Shown here: in pieces, positions 18,760 to 27,084 of the stretch
Position numbering within the stretch: position 1 is the stretch's first letter
How the letters are laid out: each line of letters begins with the position of its first letter
Origin: Vicinamibacteraceae bacterium
GTDB taxonomy: Bacteria; Acidobacteriota; Thermoanaerobaculia; Multivoradales; Multivoraceae
Direction of reading: 5' to 3'
DNA length: 64,000 nucleotides
Assembly: GCA_012270995.1 (NCBI GenBank)
Contig: JAAXHG010000062.1
Location: forward strand, 25,881 to 89,880
Position numbers and translations under genes: made by a program
Notes under the pieces: model-generated
Seen by the model: only the letters and a program-made list of their open reading frames with translations
Told to the model about the DNA's origin: nothing
Databases searched by the model: none

Positions 18760-18796
18760 CAGCGGCGGCTCCGTCTGGCGCTACCATCCGAGCACC

Positions 18797-19429
18797 ATGC
18801 TCCGGTACACCCTCGCTACAACCCTCGCCCTGCTAACGGCTTCCACCGCGGCCGCCCAACGTCCGGGCGACCGCGCCGACCGGATGCGTGAGAGGAGCCA
18901 GCAGATCGACGCCCGGCTGGCCGACGATCCCTACGTCGGCATCCACGCCAGTTCCGGCATCCAGCGCGGCCTGTACAGGATCGAGTCGACCGGCGTGTCG
19001 ACCGAACCGGTCCGTCTCGCCGCCGAGAAGTTCCTGGCGGCCCTCTCGGCGGAACAGCGCGCCAGGACGACGTTCGGGGTCGACGACGACGAGTGGCGCA
19101 AGTGGATGAACCAGCACTTCTACGTGCGGCAGGGCGTCGGCTTCGACGAGATGGACGAAGCGCAGCGCGAAGCGGCCTTCGGCCTGATGCGCGCCTCGCT
19201 CAGCGCGGACGGACTCAAGCTCAGCCGCGACATCATGAACCTCAACCGCACCCTCGGCGAACTGAACGAAAACAACTTCGACGAGTACAACGAGTGGCTG
19301 TACTGGATCACCGTGATGGGTGAGCCCTCCGCCGACCAGCCCTGGGGCTGGCAGGTCGACGGCCACCACCTGATCATCAACTACTTCGTGCTCGGCGATC
19401 AGGTCGTGATGACACCGCTGTTCGACTAG
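18797..19429 (+). CDS. DUF3500 family secreted protein
   Basis: Signal peptide MLRYTLATTLALLTASTAAAQ. GWQVDGHHLIINYFVLGDQVV motif typical of DUF3500. Confidence 0.5.
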   Translation: MLRYTLATTLALLTASTAAAQRPGDRADRMRERSQQIDARLADDPYVGIHASSGIQRGLYRIESTGVSTEPVRLAAEKFLAALSAEQRARTTFGVDDDEWRKWMNQHFYVRQGVGFDEMDEAQREAAFGLMRASLSADGLKLSRDIMNLNRTLGELNENNFDEYNEWLYWITVMGEPSADQPWGWQVDGHHLIINYFVLGDQVVMTPLFD

Positions 19430-19454
19430 CGCCCCCATCGGTAGCCCGCGATTG

Positions 19455-19474
19455 CAATGACAGCGCTGTCATTG
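19455..19474 (+). promoter_or_regulatory. Perfect 20-bp palindrome CAATGACAGCGCTGTCATTG, putative VapB/FitA operator
   Basis: Seen directly. Centred 24 bp upstream of the antitoxin start at 19488. Extends to a 26-bp near-palindrome. Confidence 0.55.
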
Positions 19475-19487
19475 TAACGTCCAGCCC

Positions 19488-19739
19488 ATGGGTCAACTGA
19501 CCATTCGCAACGTCGACGAGGCGGTGGTGCAAGCGCTGCGGCGCCGAGCCGCGGCCGCTGGCCGCTCCACAGAGGAAGAAGCCCGGCGTTCGCTTGCGAT
19601 GGCCGTGGGGGTCGACCGCGACGCAGCGCGGGCTCGCCTCGACGCGGTTCGCGCGGCTCTCGCCGGTCATGATGATGAGCCGGCCGAGCAACTGGTTCGG
19701 AAGCTGCGGGACCGAAGGACCCGCGAACTCGCGGGCTGA
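19488..19739 (+). CDS. vapB: Ribbon-helix-helix antitoxin, FitA/VapB-like
   Basis: MGQLTIRNVDEAVVQALRRRAAAAGRSTEEEARRSL is the RHH N-terminus. Immediately upstream of a PIN toxin. Confidence 0.7.
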   Translation: MGQLTIRNVDEAVVQALRRRAAAAGRSTEEEARRSLAMAVGVDRDAARARLDAVRAALAGHDDEPAEQLVRKLRDRRTRELAG

Positions 19740-19745
19740 ATCGGC

Positions 19746-20162
19746 TTGCCGCTCCAACGCGTCGTGGTCGACGCGAGCGCCGCTCTCAAATGGGTCCTTG
19801 AAGAGGAAGGCAGCGCCGCGGCGCGCGACCTTCTGGACCGGGAAGTCCTTCACGCCCCGGACTTCCTGCTGCTGGAAGTAGCGAACGTACTCTGGGCGAA
19901 GGTGCGCCGCGGCGTTCTGTCACGAGTTGATGCCGATACCGCCTTCCACGCGCTGGCCGCGGTACCGATCGTGATCATGCCGCTGGCTGAACTCATCCGG
20001 CCGGCCCGTACCCTGGCCTTCGCCCTGGACTTGACCGTCTACGACGCCGTGTACGCCGCGCTGGCTCAACGACTCGACTGCCCGCTCGCCACCGCCGACG
20101 AGAAGCTCGCCCAAGCCATGGCGACCGCCCACCTCACCGGGTCGGCACATCTCATTCGTTAG
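19746..20162 (+). CDS. vapC: PIN-domain toxin VapC/FitB-like
   Basis: VVVDASAALKWVLEEE...FLLLEVANVL...YDAVYAALAQRL carries PIN acidic residues. 6 nt after the antitoxin stop. Confidence 0.7.
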   Translation: MPLQRVVVDASAALKWVLEEEGSAAARDLLDREVLHAPDFLLLEVANVLWAKVRRGVLSRVDADTAFHALAAVPIVIMPLAELIRPARTLAFALDLTVYDAVYAALAQRLDCPLATADEKLAQAMATAHLTGSAHLIR

Positions 20163-20294
20163 CACCTCGCGCTGTCGCGGCAACGACTCCCTCATCGCGG
20201 GCCACGACGATCGCCACTTACCTGAGCGCCGCCGTCAGAGAGGCGGGCTCGATCGTCGCGTCGCCGGACCTGGCCGGGCGAGAAGCGGTCCCCG

Positions 20295-20723
20295 TCAGCC
20301 TTCTTGGTTCACCTGCTCCTCGTCGGCGCACACCACACAGGAGGCAGCGTGGCAAAGACGGGCGCTCAGCACCATGGCGCCCGCGATCGTCAGGCTGCCG
20401 GCGGACGACGTCAGCGTTTCGGGCAACGGCTCGAGCCAGCCCGCCAGGGAGGCCGCCCAAAGCGCCGATCCCCCGGCAAAGGTGAGGATCACGGCCGCGC
20501 TCTTGCGAGCCGGGCCCAGGAGGAGCATCGCCGCTCCGAGAAGAACGGTCCCGGCCCAGGCGGCCCGCTCGACGTCTTCGGAGAGCGCGAGCGCGGGTGC
20601 CGCCACGACCAGGACCGGCGTGAGTGCGCAGTGCAGGCCACACAAGGCCGCAGCGCACGCCGCAAGTCGCGAGCCGGAGGTCAGATACGAGATTGACTGA
20701 GCGGTTGCGAGAGAGTTCTTCAT
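20295..20723 (-). CDS. MerC-like small membrane protein with cysteine pairs (putative heavy-metal binding)
   Basis: 4 TM helices. AAALCGLHCALTP in TM1 and CHAASCVVC at the C-terminus. Weak resemblance to the MerC family. Confidence 0.35.
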   Translation of the reverse strand: MKNSLATAQSISYLTSGSRLAACAAALCGLHCALTPVLVVAAPALALSEDVERAAWAGTVLLGAAMLLLGPARKSAAVILTFAGGSALWAASLAGWLEPLPETLTSSAGSLTIAGAMVLSARLCHAASCVVCADEEQVNQEG

Positions 20724-20734
20724 GACGTTGTCTG

Positions 20735-23560
20735 CTACTCCACCGTCACCCAGATCGGGGACGACCAGGCCATGTTGCCGTCGACCTGGATCACCCGCAC
20801 ATAGTAGAGGTGCTCGCCGGGTTCGACATCGGCGTCGACGAACTCGAGGCTGACGTCCGCCTCCAGATTCTGGCGATTGTAGAGGAACGTCTGGTCCCGG
20901 ATGATGTCGATCTGGCGGATCGGCGTCGTGCCGATGACCCGCACGCTGAGCCGGAAATCGCCGTCGGCGGTGAGGATGTCGCCCTGGAGGTACTCCCTGC
21001 CTCCCGTCCGCAGCCGGTAGTCGAGGATGATGTTGTCCGTGGCGCCGTAGCTGTGACGCTTCTTCATTGCGTCGAGCATCCCCTCACGGGTGAACTCCTC
21101 GGCGATCGTGGCGGCGTAGGAGATGTGGGTCGAGAGGTGGTCCGAGGCCGCCTGGACGCCCAGCTTGTAGCCCTTGGCCCAGGCGTTCCAGACGTAGCCC
21201 TCCGGCCGGAAGCCTCCCGGCGCCGAGCGCAGGTTGCCGGTGCGCGCGGCGCGCGGGGCGCCCTCGTACTCGTTCGAGACCCGATCGCCCTGGTAGAGCT
21301 CGACGAGGGGTTCGACCTCGGGGTCATTGTCGCGCCAGTCGGTCCCCATGCTCGAGGCGGACGTGTGAGAGATCGCGATCCCGTCGTGCTCCTTCAGGTA
21401 CTCGTACAGCCTCGCCGCGCCCTCCTCGTGGGTCCGCTCCGCCTCGGTGACCGGCAGAGTCGGCGTGCCGCGCTCCGCGAACAGGATGTTCCGGTGCCCG
21501 TCGGGGAAGGAGATGCTCCGCTCGTAGCCGTAGAAAGGCTGGAAGCGGCCGGAGACCGAGAAGACGTCGACCGTCTGGTGCAGGAGCCAGTTGATGTACT
21601 CGATGTCCGGCCCGCCCAGAAAGTTGTGCTCGCTAGTCAGAAGGTAGTCGAGCGAGGCGACATCCATCGCGTAGCGATAGGTCTGGATCAGCGAGCCGTC
21701 GTTGTTGCCGTCCATCGAGATCTCGGTGTGGCGGTGGGTGTCGCCGCGGTAGATCCGGTACGTCTTCCCCTCCGACTCGATCTCGTAGTTGCGGATTCGC
21801 TCCAGGTCCTCCGCCTCGTTCTCGTGGATCACGTAGGCCGGCACGTCGTCGACGACCAGGGCCACCAGCTTCGGCGGCACGACCTTCGTCACCAGGCGCG
21901 GCAGTTTCGCCGCGTAGACGTCGGCGTGCTCGAACAGAAACTCCGAGTAGTCCCGGTTGTCCATTGGCCAGGCGGCCCAGACATCGCCGTTGCCGTCCGA
22001 AGCCAGATCCCAGCGGGCGTCCTGACGGAAGCCCGTCATCGGGATGTGCTGGGGACGGAGCCAGCGGTCTCCCTGTAGCGTCGTCCTCCAGACCTCCCAG
22101 GCGGCCCGGTGGGCCGGCGACTCGCTGAGGATGTCGGCCTGGCGGGTCGTCCGGTGCCGGAAATAGAGCCAGATGCGTCCGGCGGCGTCCGGAAAGAGCA
22201 CGGGGAAGTCGTTGTAGCCCTGGAGTTCTTCGGGTAACGCATCGTTCACGTCCGCGGCCGGCGACCGCCACTCCCAGCCGTCGTGGACCGCGAGGTTCAT
22301 CGTGCGCCACTCGTAGAGCCGCGTGCCCTCCCGGTTGAGCACCCAGCCCGTGTCCTTCCCCCAGTTCACTCCGCTTTCGTTCCAGGCCGCCCAGACGCGA
22401 TTCTGCCCGTCGACGGCGAGGCTCAGGTGCGCCTCGTACTTGGCCGTCGCAGCGACCGGCATCTCCTCGCCCCACTCGCCGCCGGCGTGGCGGCGGACCA
22501 GCACGTCGTAGTTGCCGGCGCCGTAGCTGTCCCAGCCGACGTAGACGCCGCCCTTCGAGTCGGCGACGATCACCGGCTCCCAGTCGTTCGCCGGCGATGA
22601 CGAAACCTGCTCCGCATCGGACCAGCGTTTGCCGTCGTAGCGGCGGGCGAAGATGTCGGCCGCGCCGTCGCGGAAGCCCTGCCAGACCAGCCAGAGGTTG
22701 CCTTCGGCGTCCGTCGCCAGGTTGTGGAAGACGTCCGGCTGCGGCGCCTCGGTCAGCCGTTCCGCCGGCGACCAGGACTCGCCGTCCAGGACGCGGGCGT
22801 AGAGATCCCAGTTGCCGCCCTTCTGAGCCGAGTAGACGACCCAGGGACGGCCATCCCCATCGCGGCCCATCTTGACCAGGTAGTGATCGCCGGGCTGCTC
22901 GGTCAGGGTCTGGACCTCTCCCCAGCCCTGTCCGTCGAACCGCCGCGCCAGCACCTCGTTCGCGTTGTCGCGGTAGCCGAGCCAGGCGGCCCAGACCTCG
23001 TCGCCGTCACTGCCGAGGATCGTCGCGAAGTCGTTCTGGTAGTCGTCGGAGGTCAGCCGCTCGACCCCGGGTACCCGCTCGACCGTCACGTCGCCGCCCA
23101 GAAACCGAAGCCGCCGGCCGACCGCGACGTCGGCGAGCCGGACCTCGAACTCGCCGTTGGCGGTGGCGAACATCAGGCGTGAACCGCCGTTGCCCCGCAC
23201 GTCGACGACCAGTCCGGGCGATCGGACGTACTCGACCGGACCGACGGTCTGCGTATCGTGGATGGCGCTGGGCCTGAAGTTCAGCCCCCTGTAGCTGGCG
23301 AGCTTCCAGGTGTTGCCCTCAACCTCGCTGGCGAGTCGTGGCCGCCAGTCGCGGAGACCCAGCAGTTCGCCGCCCGCCACTTCGAGCGAGCCGTCCCAGT
23401 CGCGGGCCGCGCTGTCGTTCACGCCCAGGCGGACGAGGAGCGAGACGGCATCGTCGCCGGCGAGGTCGCCGGCTTCCTGCGCCGCGACGGGCGGACACAG
23501 CACGGACAGGGCGGCTGCCGCCACGGCAGCCGAAGCGAAGGCGACCTTGTTGTGTGGCAT
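20735..23560 (-). CDS. Large secreted protein: tandem ~45-aa W-rich repeats (propeller-like) plus C-terminal PHP-like metal phosphoesterase domain
   Basis: Signal peptide. At least 5 repeats of W.aW.G.rDg..di.arR.dG..W......s. C-terminal GDTHRHTEISMDGNNDGS...EHNF resembles the PHP HxH...D motif. Confidence 0.45.
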   Translation of the reverse strand: MPHNKVAFASAAVAAAALSVLCPPVAAQEAGDLAGDDAVSLLVRLGVNDSAARDWDGSLEVAGGELLGLRDWRPRLASEVEGNTWKLASYRGLNFRPSAIHDTQTVGPVEYVRSPGLVVDVRGNGGSRLMFATANGEFEVRLADVAVGRRLRFLGGDVTVERVPGVERLTSDDYQNDFATILGSDGDEVWAAWLGYRDNANEVLARRFDGQGWGEVQTLTEQPGDHYLVKMGRDGDGRPWVVYSAQKGGNWDLYARVLDGESWSPAERLTEAPQPDVFHNLATDAEGNLWLVWQGFRDGAADIFARRYDGKRWSDAEQVSSSPANDWEPVIVADSKGGVYVGWDSYGAGNYDVLVRRHAGGEWGEEMPVAATAKYEAHLSLAVDGQNRVWAAWNESGVNWGKDTGWVLNREGTRLYEWRTMNLAVHDGWEWRSPAADVNDALPEELQGYNDFPVLFPDAAGRIWLYFRHRTTRQADILSESPAHRAAWEVWRTTLQGDRWLRPQHIPMTGFRQDARWDLASDGNGDVWAAWPMDNRDYSEFLFEHADVYAAKLPRLVTKVVPPKLVALVVDDVPAYVIHENEAEDLERIRNYEIESEGKTYRIYRGDTHRHTEISMDGNNDGSLIQTYRYAMDVASLDYLLTSEHNFLGGPDIEYINWLLHQTVDVFSVSGRFQPFYGYERSISFPDGHRNILFAERGTPTLPVTEAERTHEEGAARLYEYLKEHDGIAISHTSASSMGTDWRDNDPEVEPLVELYQGDRVSNEYEGAPRAARTGNLRSAPGGFRPEGYVWNAWAKGYKLGVQAASDHLSTHISYAATIAEEFTREGMLDAMKKRHSYGATDNIILDYRLRTGGREYLQGDILTADGDFRLSVRVIGTTPIRQIDIIRDQTFLYNRQNLEADVSLEFVDADVEPGEHLYYVRVIQVDGNMAWSSPIWVTVE

Positions 23561-23626
23561 TGCCGGGTAGCTTAGCCGTCGCTGGGCAGTACTCTACGGC
23601 TCTTGCCAGACCAAAAGGGGTTCCCG

Positions 23627-25402
23627 ATGCCGAAGCGTTACCGATACGCGCTCGCCGCCACCGTGGCCGCGGCTCAGCTCCTGAGCCTCGCCGCCGTCCA
23701 CGCGCAGTCCGGCGACGCGTTCGTCCCGGTCACCGACGAGATGCTCGTGAACCCGGCGCCGGAGGACTGGCTCATGTGGCGGCGCACCGCGAACGGCTGG
23801 GGCTACAGCCCGCTGGACCAGATCACCCCGGAGAACGTGGGCGATCTCCGAATGGTGTGGACGCGGTCGCTCAACGACGGCAGCCAGACGGGCACGCCGC
23901 TCGCCTACCGCGGCGTCATGTACATGCCGAACCCGAACGACGTCATCCAGGCGCTCGACGCCGCGACCGGCGACCTGATCTGGGAGCACCGGCGCAGAAT
24001 CCCCGAGGACGCGAAGGACTACGTCGGCGGCTTCCTGTCCCAGAACAACCGGAACATCGCGATCTTCGCGAACCTGATCATCGACACCAGCGTCGACGAC
24101 CACCTCTTCGCGCTCGACGCCGGGACCGGCAAGATGGTCTGGGAGACGATGGTCCTCGACTACAAGGTCCATCCCGCGCTCCAGGGCGCCGGCCCGATCA
24201 TCGGCGCCGGCAAGGCGTTCTCGGGCCGGAGCTGCTCGCCGCGCGGCGGGCCCGACGCCTGCGTGATCACGGCCCACGACGCGCTGACCGGCGAGGAAGT
24301 GTGGCGGCGCCGGACGATTCCGGCCCCCGGCGAACCCGGCGACGAGACCTGGGGCGACGTGCCGTTCGAGAAACGGGCCCACGTCGGCTCCTGGATGCCG
24401 CCGAGCTACGACCCGGAACTCAACCTGGTCTTCGCCGGCACCTCGGTCACGGCGCCGGCGCCGAAGTTCATGCTCGGCGGGGTCGACAGGACGCACCTCT
24501 ACCACAACTCGACGCTCGCGCTTGACGGCGACACCGGCGAGATCGTCTGGCACTACCAGCACATGAACGACCACTGGGACCTGGACCATCCGTTCGAGCG
24601 GGTGATCGTCGACACCGCCGTGGCGCCGGATCCCGACGAGGTGGCCTGGATCAACCCGAACATCGAGCCCGGCGAGGTGCGCAAGGTGATCACGGGGATC
24701 CCCGGCAAGACGGCTCTCGTCTACTCCATCGATCGGGAGACCGGCGAGTTCCTCTGGGCTCGACCGACCGTCTACCAGAACGTGATCCAGAGCATCGACG
24801 GCGAGACCGGCAAGGCGACGGAGAACCCGGAAGTCATCTTCCACGCGCTGGAGGAGGAGCGGCTCATCTGCCCGAACATGCACGGCGGCAAGGACTGGGA
24901 GGCCGGCGCCTACAGCCCGGAGACCAACACGCTGTATTACCCGCTGCGCAACATGTGCATGCCGACGCTGACGACGACCGACCCGAGCGCGTCCCACCCC
25001 TACTACGCCCTGAGCGTCCGCCACGAACTGGCGCCCGGCACGGAGAGCCTCGGCGCCGTCTACGCGATCTCCGCCGAGACCGGCAAGACCGTGTGGCTGC
25101 ACGAACAGCGCGCCTCGACGACCTCGCTGGTCGCCACCGGCGGGGGACTGCTCTTCGGCGGCGACGTGAACGGCCGCTTCAAGGCCTACAGCCAGGATAA
25201 GGGCGAGGTGCTGTGGGAGGTGAACCTCGGGGCGCCGGTTACCGGCTACCCGATCACCTACGCGGTCGACGGCACGCAGTACGTGGCGGTGAGCACCGGC
25301 ATCTCGGCGACCACGTCGAGCTTCCTGCGGCTGACGCCGGAGCTCAAGCCCGGCTTCGCGAACAACCTGTTCGTGTTCGCGCTGGAGTACACCAGTCCTT
25401 GA
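23627..25402 (+). CDS. PQQ-dependent alcohol/methanol dehydrogenase family quinoprotein (secreted)
   Basis: Signal peptide MPKRYRYALAATVAAAQLLSLAAVHA. GDLIWEH, GKMVWET, GEEVWRR, GEIVWHYQHMNDHWDLDHPFE, GEFLWAR and GKTVWLH propeller motifs. WDLD (D-x-D) at the active site. Confidence 0.8.
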   Translation: MPKRYRYALAATVAAAQLLSLAAVHAQSGDAFVPVTDEMLVNPAPEDWLMWRRTANGWGYSPLDQITPENVGDLRMVWTRSLNDGSQTGTPLAYRGVMYMPNPNDVIQALDAATGDLIWEHRRRIPEDAKDYVGGFLSQNNRNIAIFANLIIDTSVDDHLFALDAGTGKMVWETMVLDYKVHPALQGAGPIIGAGKAFSGRSCSPRGGPDACVITAHDALTGEEVWRRRTIPAPGEPGDETWGDVPFEKRAHVGSWMPPSYDPELNLVFAGTSVTAPAPKFMLGGVDRTHLYHNSTLALDGDTGEIVWHYQHMNDHWDLDHPFERVIVDTAVAPDPDEVAWINPNIEPGEVRKVITGIPGKTALVYSIDRETGEFLWARPTVYQNVIQSIDGETGKATENPEVIFHALEEERLICPNMHGGKDWEAGAYSPETNTLYYPLRNMCMPTLTTTDPSASHPYYALSVRHELAPGTESLGAVYAISAETGKTVWLHEQRASTTSLVATGGGLLFGGDVNGRFKAYSQDKGEVLWEVNLGAPVTGYPITYAVDGTQYVAVSTGISATTSSFLRLTPELKPGFANNLFVFALEYTSP

Positions 25403-25411
25403 GCAGCCATC

Positions 25412-25666
25412 TCACCGGTACACGTCCCGGCGATGCCCGATGCGGACGACCAGAATCGTCAGATCTTCGTGAAACGCTTCGTAGATGATGCGGTATCGCC
25501 CCACGCGAAGTCGACGCAGCCCCCCGAACTCCCCCTTGAGAGCGGCGCCCGCCGAGGGTTCCCGAGCGAGACGGTCGATCGCCGCGACGAGCCGCGTTCG
25601 CTCTAGCGCGCCGATTCTCCTCAGAGTTCTGGCGGCACTACCCTTGATCTTGATCGAGTAGCTCAC
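25412..25666 (-). CDS. RelE/ParE family toxin
   Basis: MSYSIKIKGSAARTLRRI...RLRVGRYRIIYEAFHEDLTILVVRIGHRRDVY is a canonical RelE/ParE C-terminus. Confidence 0.7.
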   Translation of the reverse strand: MSYSIKIKGSAARTLRRIGALERTRLVAAIDRLAREPSAGAALKGEFGGLRRLRVGRYRIIYEAFHEDLTILVVRIGHRRDVYR

Positions 25667-25865
25667 GCTTGACGTCTTCCCAATCGAGGACCGTGTCGGC
25701 GGGATCGTTGAGTCGATCCAGCGCCAAACGCAGATCCTCGAAGTCGTCGAGGTAGTACTCGAGCGCCTGTCGCACCAACTGCGCTCTCGAGCGATTCAAC
25801 TGGCTCGCGGCGCGGTCAGCTTTCTCGACGAGATCGTCGGGGAGTCTTGCGGTCACCTGAACCAT
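25638..25865 (-). CDS. RHH antitoxin (RelB/ParD/CopG-like)
   Basis: MVQVTARLPDDLVEKADRAAS...SRAQLVRQALEYYL. Overlaps the toxin start by 29 nt. Confidence 0.6.
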   Translation of the reverse strand: MVQVTARLPDDLVEKADRAASQLNRSRAQLVRQALEYYLDDFEDLRLALDRLNDPADTVLDWEDVKRELLDQDQG

Positions 25866-26464
25866 GGTCTCGTCTCTGACTCCAGATGATGTCTTTGACT
25901 TCGGATGAAGTCAAGGCATCCTCTCGACCGTGATTCCTCCAACAGCTTGGAGTCCGCGGCCAACTCATGATCCCCCGCCGGGTACCTGTTGGCGCTCAGC
26001 AGGAATGCAACGATGTCGATGTAGGTCCGGTCGCCGAGCGTCGCCGGTTCCTCCGGCGGCATGGTCGACTCGATGCTCTCGAAGATGTCGGCCACCTTGA
26101 GGCCACGCCACCGGAATCGGAACGCCACGCCGGTCAGACCCGGCGCCATCTCGTCGCCGCGCAGTTCTTCGCCGTGGCACTCGGCGCAGTGCTCCCCGTA
26201 GGCGACCCGGCCGCGCTCCGCCTGTGCTTCAGTGAAGATACCGTCGACAACAGAGGTCGGCGGCAAGGCTGGGGCGGGTTCCGGTGCCGCGACGGGCAGC
26301 TCATTGGCGGGCGCAACCGGAGGCGCCGTCATCACGGCCGTCGAGCACGCCGATCCGGAGGCGAGGATCGAAACCGCGGCTCCAACCGCCGCCAGAAAAG
26401 CCCTCGCGTCCCGCAACGTATTACGCCAACCCCCGTCGGTCCACACACCCCTGAGCCTGCCCAT
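25853..26464 (-). CDS. Mono-heme c-type cytochrome (periplasmic), candidate electron acceptor for the PQQ dehydrogenase
   Basis: Signal peptide. Heme site CAECHG. Distal Met candidate in ESTMPPEEP. TGATG stop/start overlap with the upstream DUF924 gene. Confidence 0.6.
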   Translation of the reverse strand: MGRLRGVWTDGGWRNTLRDARAFLAAVGAAVSILASGSACSTAVMTAPPVAPANELPVAAPEPAPALPPTSVVDGIFTEAQAERGRVAYGEHCAECHGEELRGDEMAPGLTGVAFRFRWRGLKVADIFESIESTMPPEEPATLGDRTYIDIVAFLLSANRYPAGDHELAADSKLLEESRSRGCLDFIRSQRHHLESETRPWFR

Positions 26465-27000
26465 CAGAACGACGAACCAGGCTCCCGCAGAAAGGCGATC
26501 TCCTCCTCGGTCGAGGGGCGGCCGAGGACGCGGTTGCGGTGCGGATAGCGCCCGAAGCGATCGATGATCGCCTTGTGCCGCATCTCGAAGTCCAGGGTCT
26601 CCGGCTCGTCGAGGCTCTCGAACAGCGGGATCGCGGCCTCGTGGATTCCGGCTGACTCGCTGTGTTCGTAGGGCATGTAGAAGAACCGCCGCCTGTCCGG
26701 GGAGACCGCCTGATCGGCGCCGGTCCGGACCGCCTCCTGCGCGAGCGCCAGGGCCATGCCGTCGGCCGCGAAGGCGCGCGGGTCGTCGCGGTAGAGGTTG
26801 CGCGAGAACTGGTCGAGCACGATGATCTCCGCGAGGCGCCCTTGCGGCGTGTCACGCCATGCGTACAGCTCCCCCCGGACCGCCCGGTCGTGCAATGTTC
26901 CGAACCGCGAACGGATCGCGGCGTCGAACCGCGGATCGCTGTTCCACCACTCCTCGGGACCACTCTCCTCAAACCAGAAAGACAGGACTTCTTCGATCAC
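26464..27000 (-). CDS. DUF924 (YbaA-like) family protein
   Basis: MIEEVLSFWFEESGPEEWW...DQFSRNLYRD matches the DUF924 N-terminal consensus. Confidence 0.65.
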   Translation of the reverse strand: MIEEVLSFWFEESGPEEWWNSDPRFDAAIRSRFGTLHDRAVRGELYAWRDTPQGRLAEIIVLDQFSRNLYRDDPRAFAADGMALALAQEAVRTGADQAVSPDRRRFFYMPYEHSESAGIHEAAIPLFESLDEPETLDFEMRHKAIIDRFGRYPHRNRVLGRPSTEEEIAFLREPGSSF

Positions 27001-27084
27001 GGCTCCGCTCCTCTCGGGGCCAGAGCACTCTCACTCGACGGCCAGGAACGACGCGGCAGCCGTCGGTTAGTCTCTACGCTCCCC

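Noticed and set aside
25638-25666. 29-nt overlap between the RelE toxin start and the antitoxin end, suggesting a mis-called start
   Set aside because: No alternative in-frame start exists downstream in the toxin ORF, and overlap is common in TA operons. The coordinates are kept as in the track.
26662-27084. Upstream extension of the PSD1 ORF overlapping DUF924
   Set aside because: It runs antisense through the DUF924 gene. A signal-like start [12 protein letters not shown] at 27085 fits the domain architecture.
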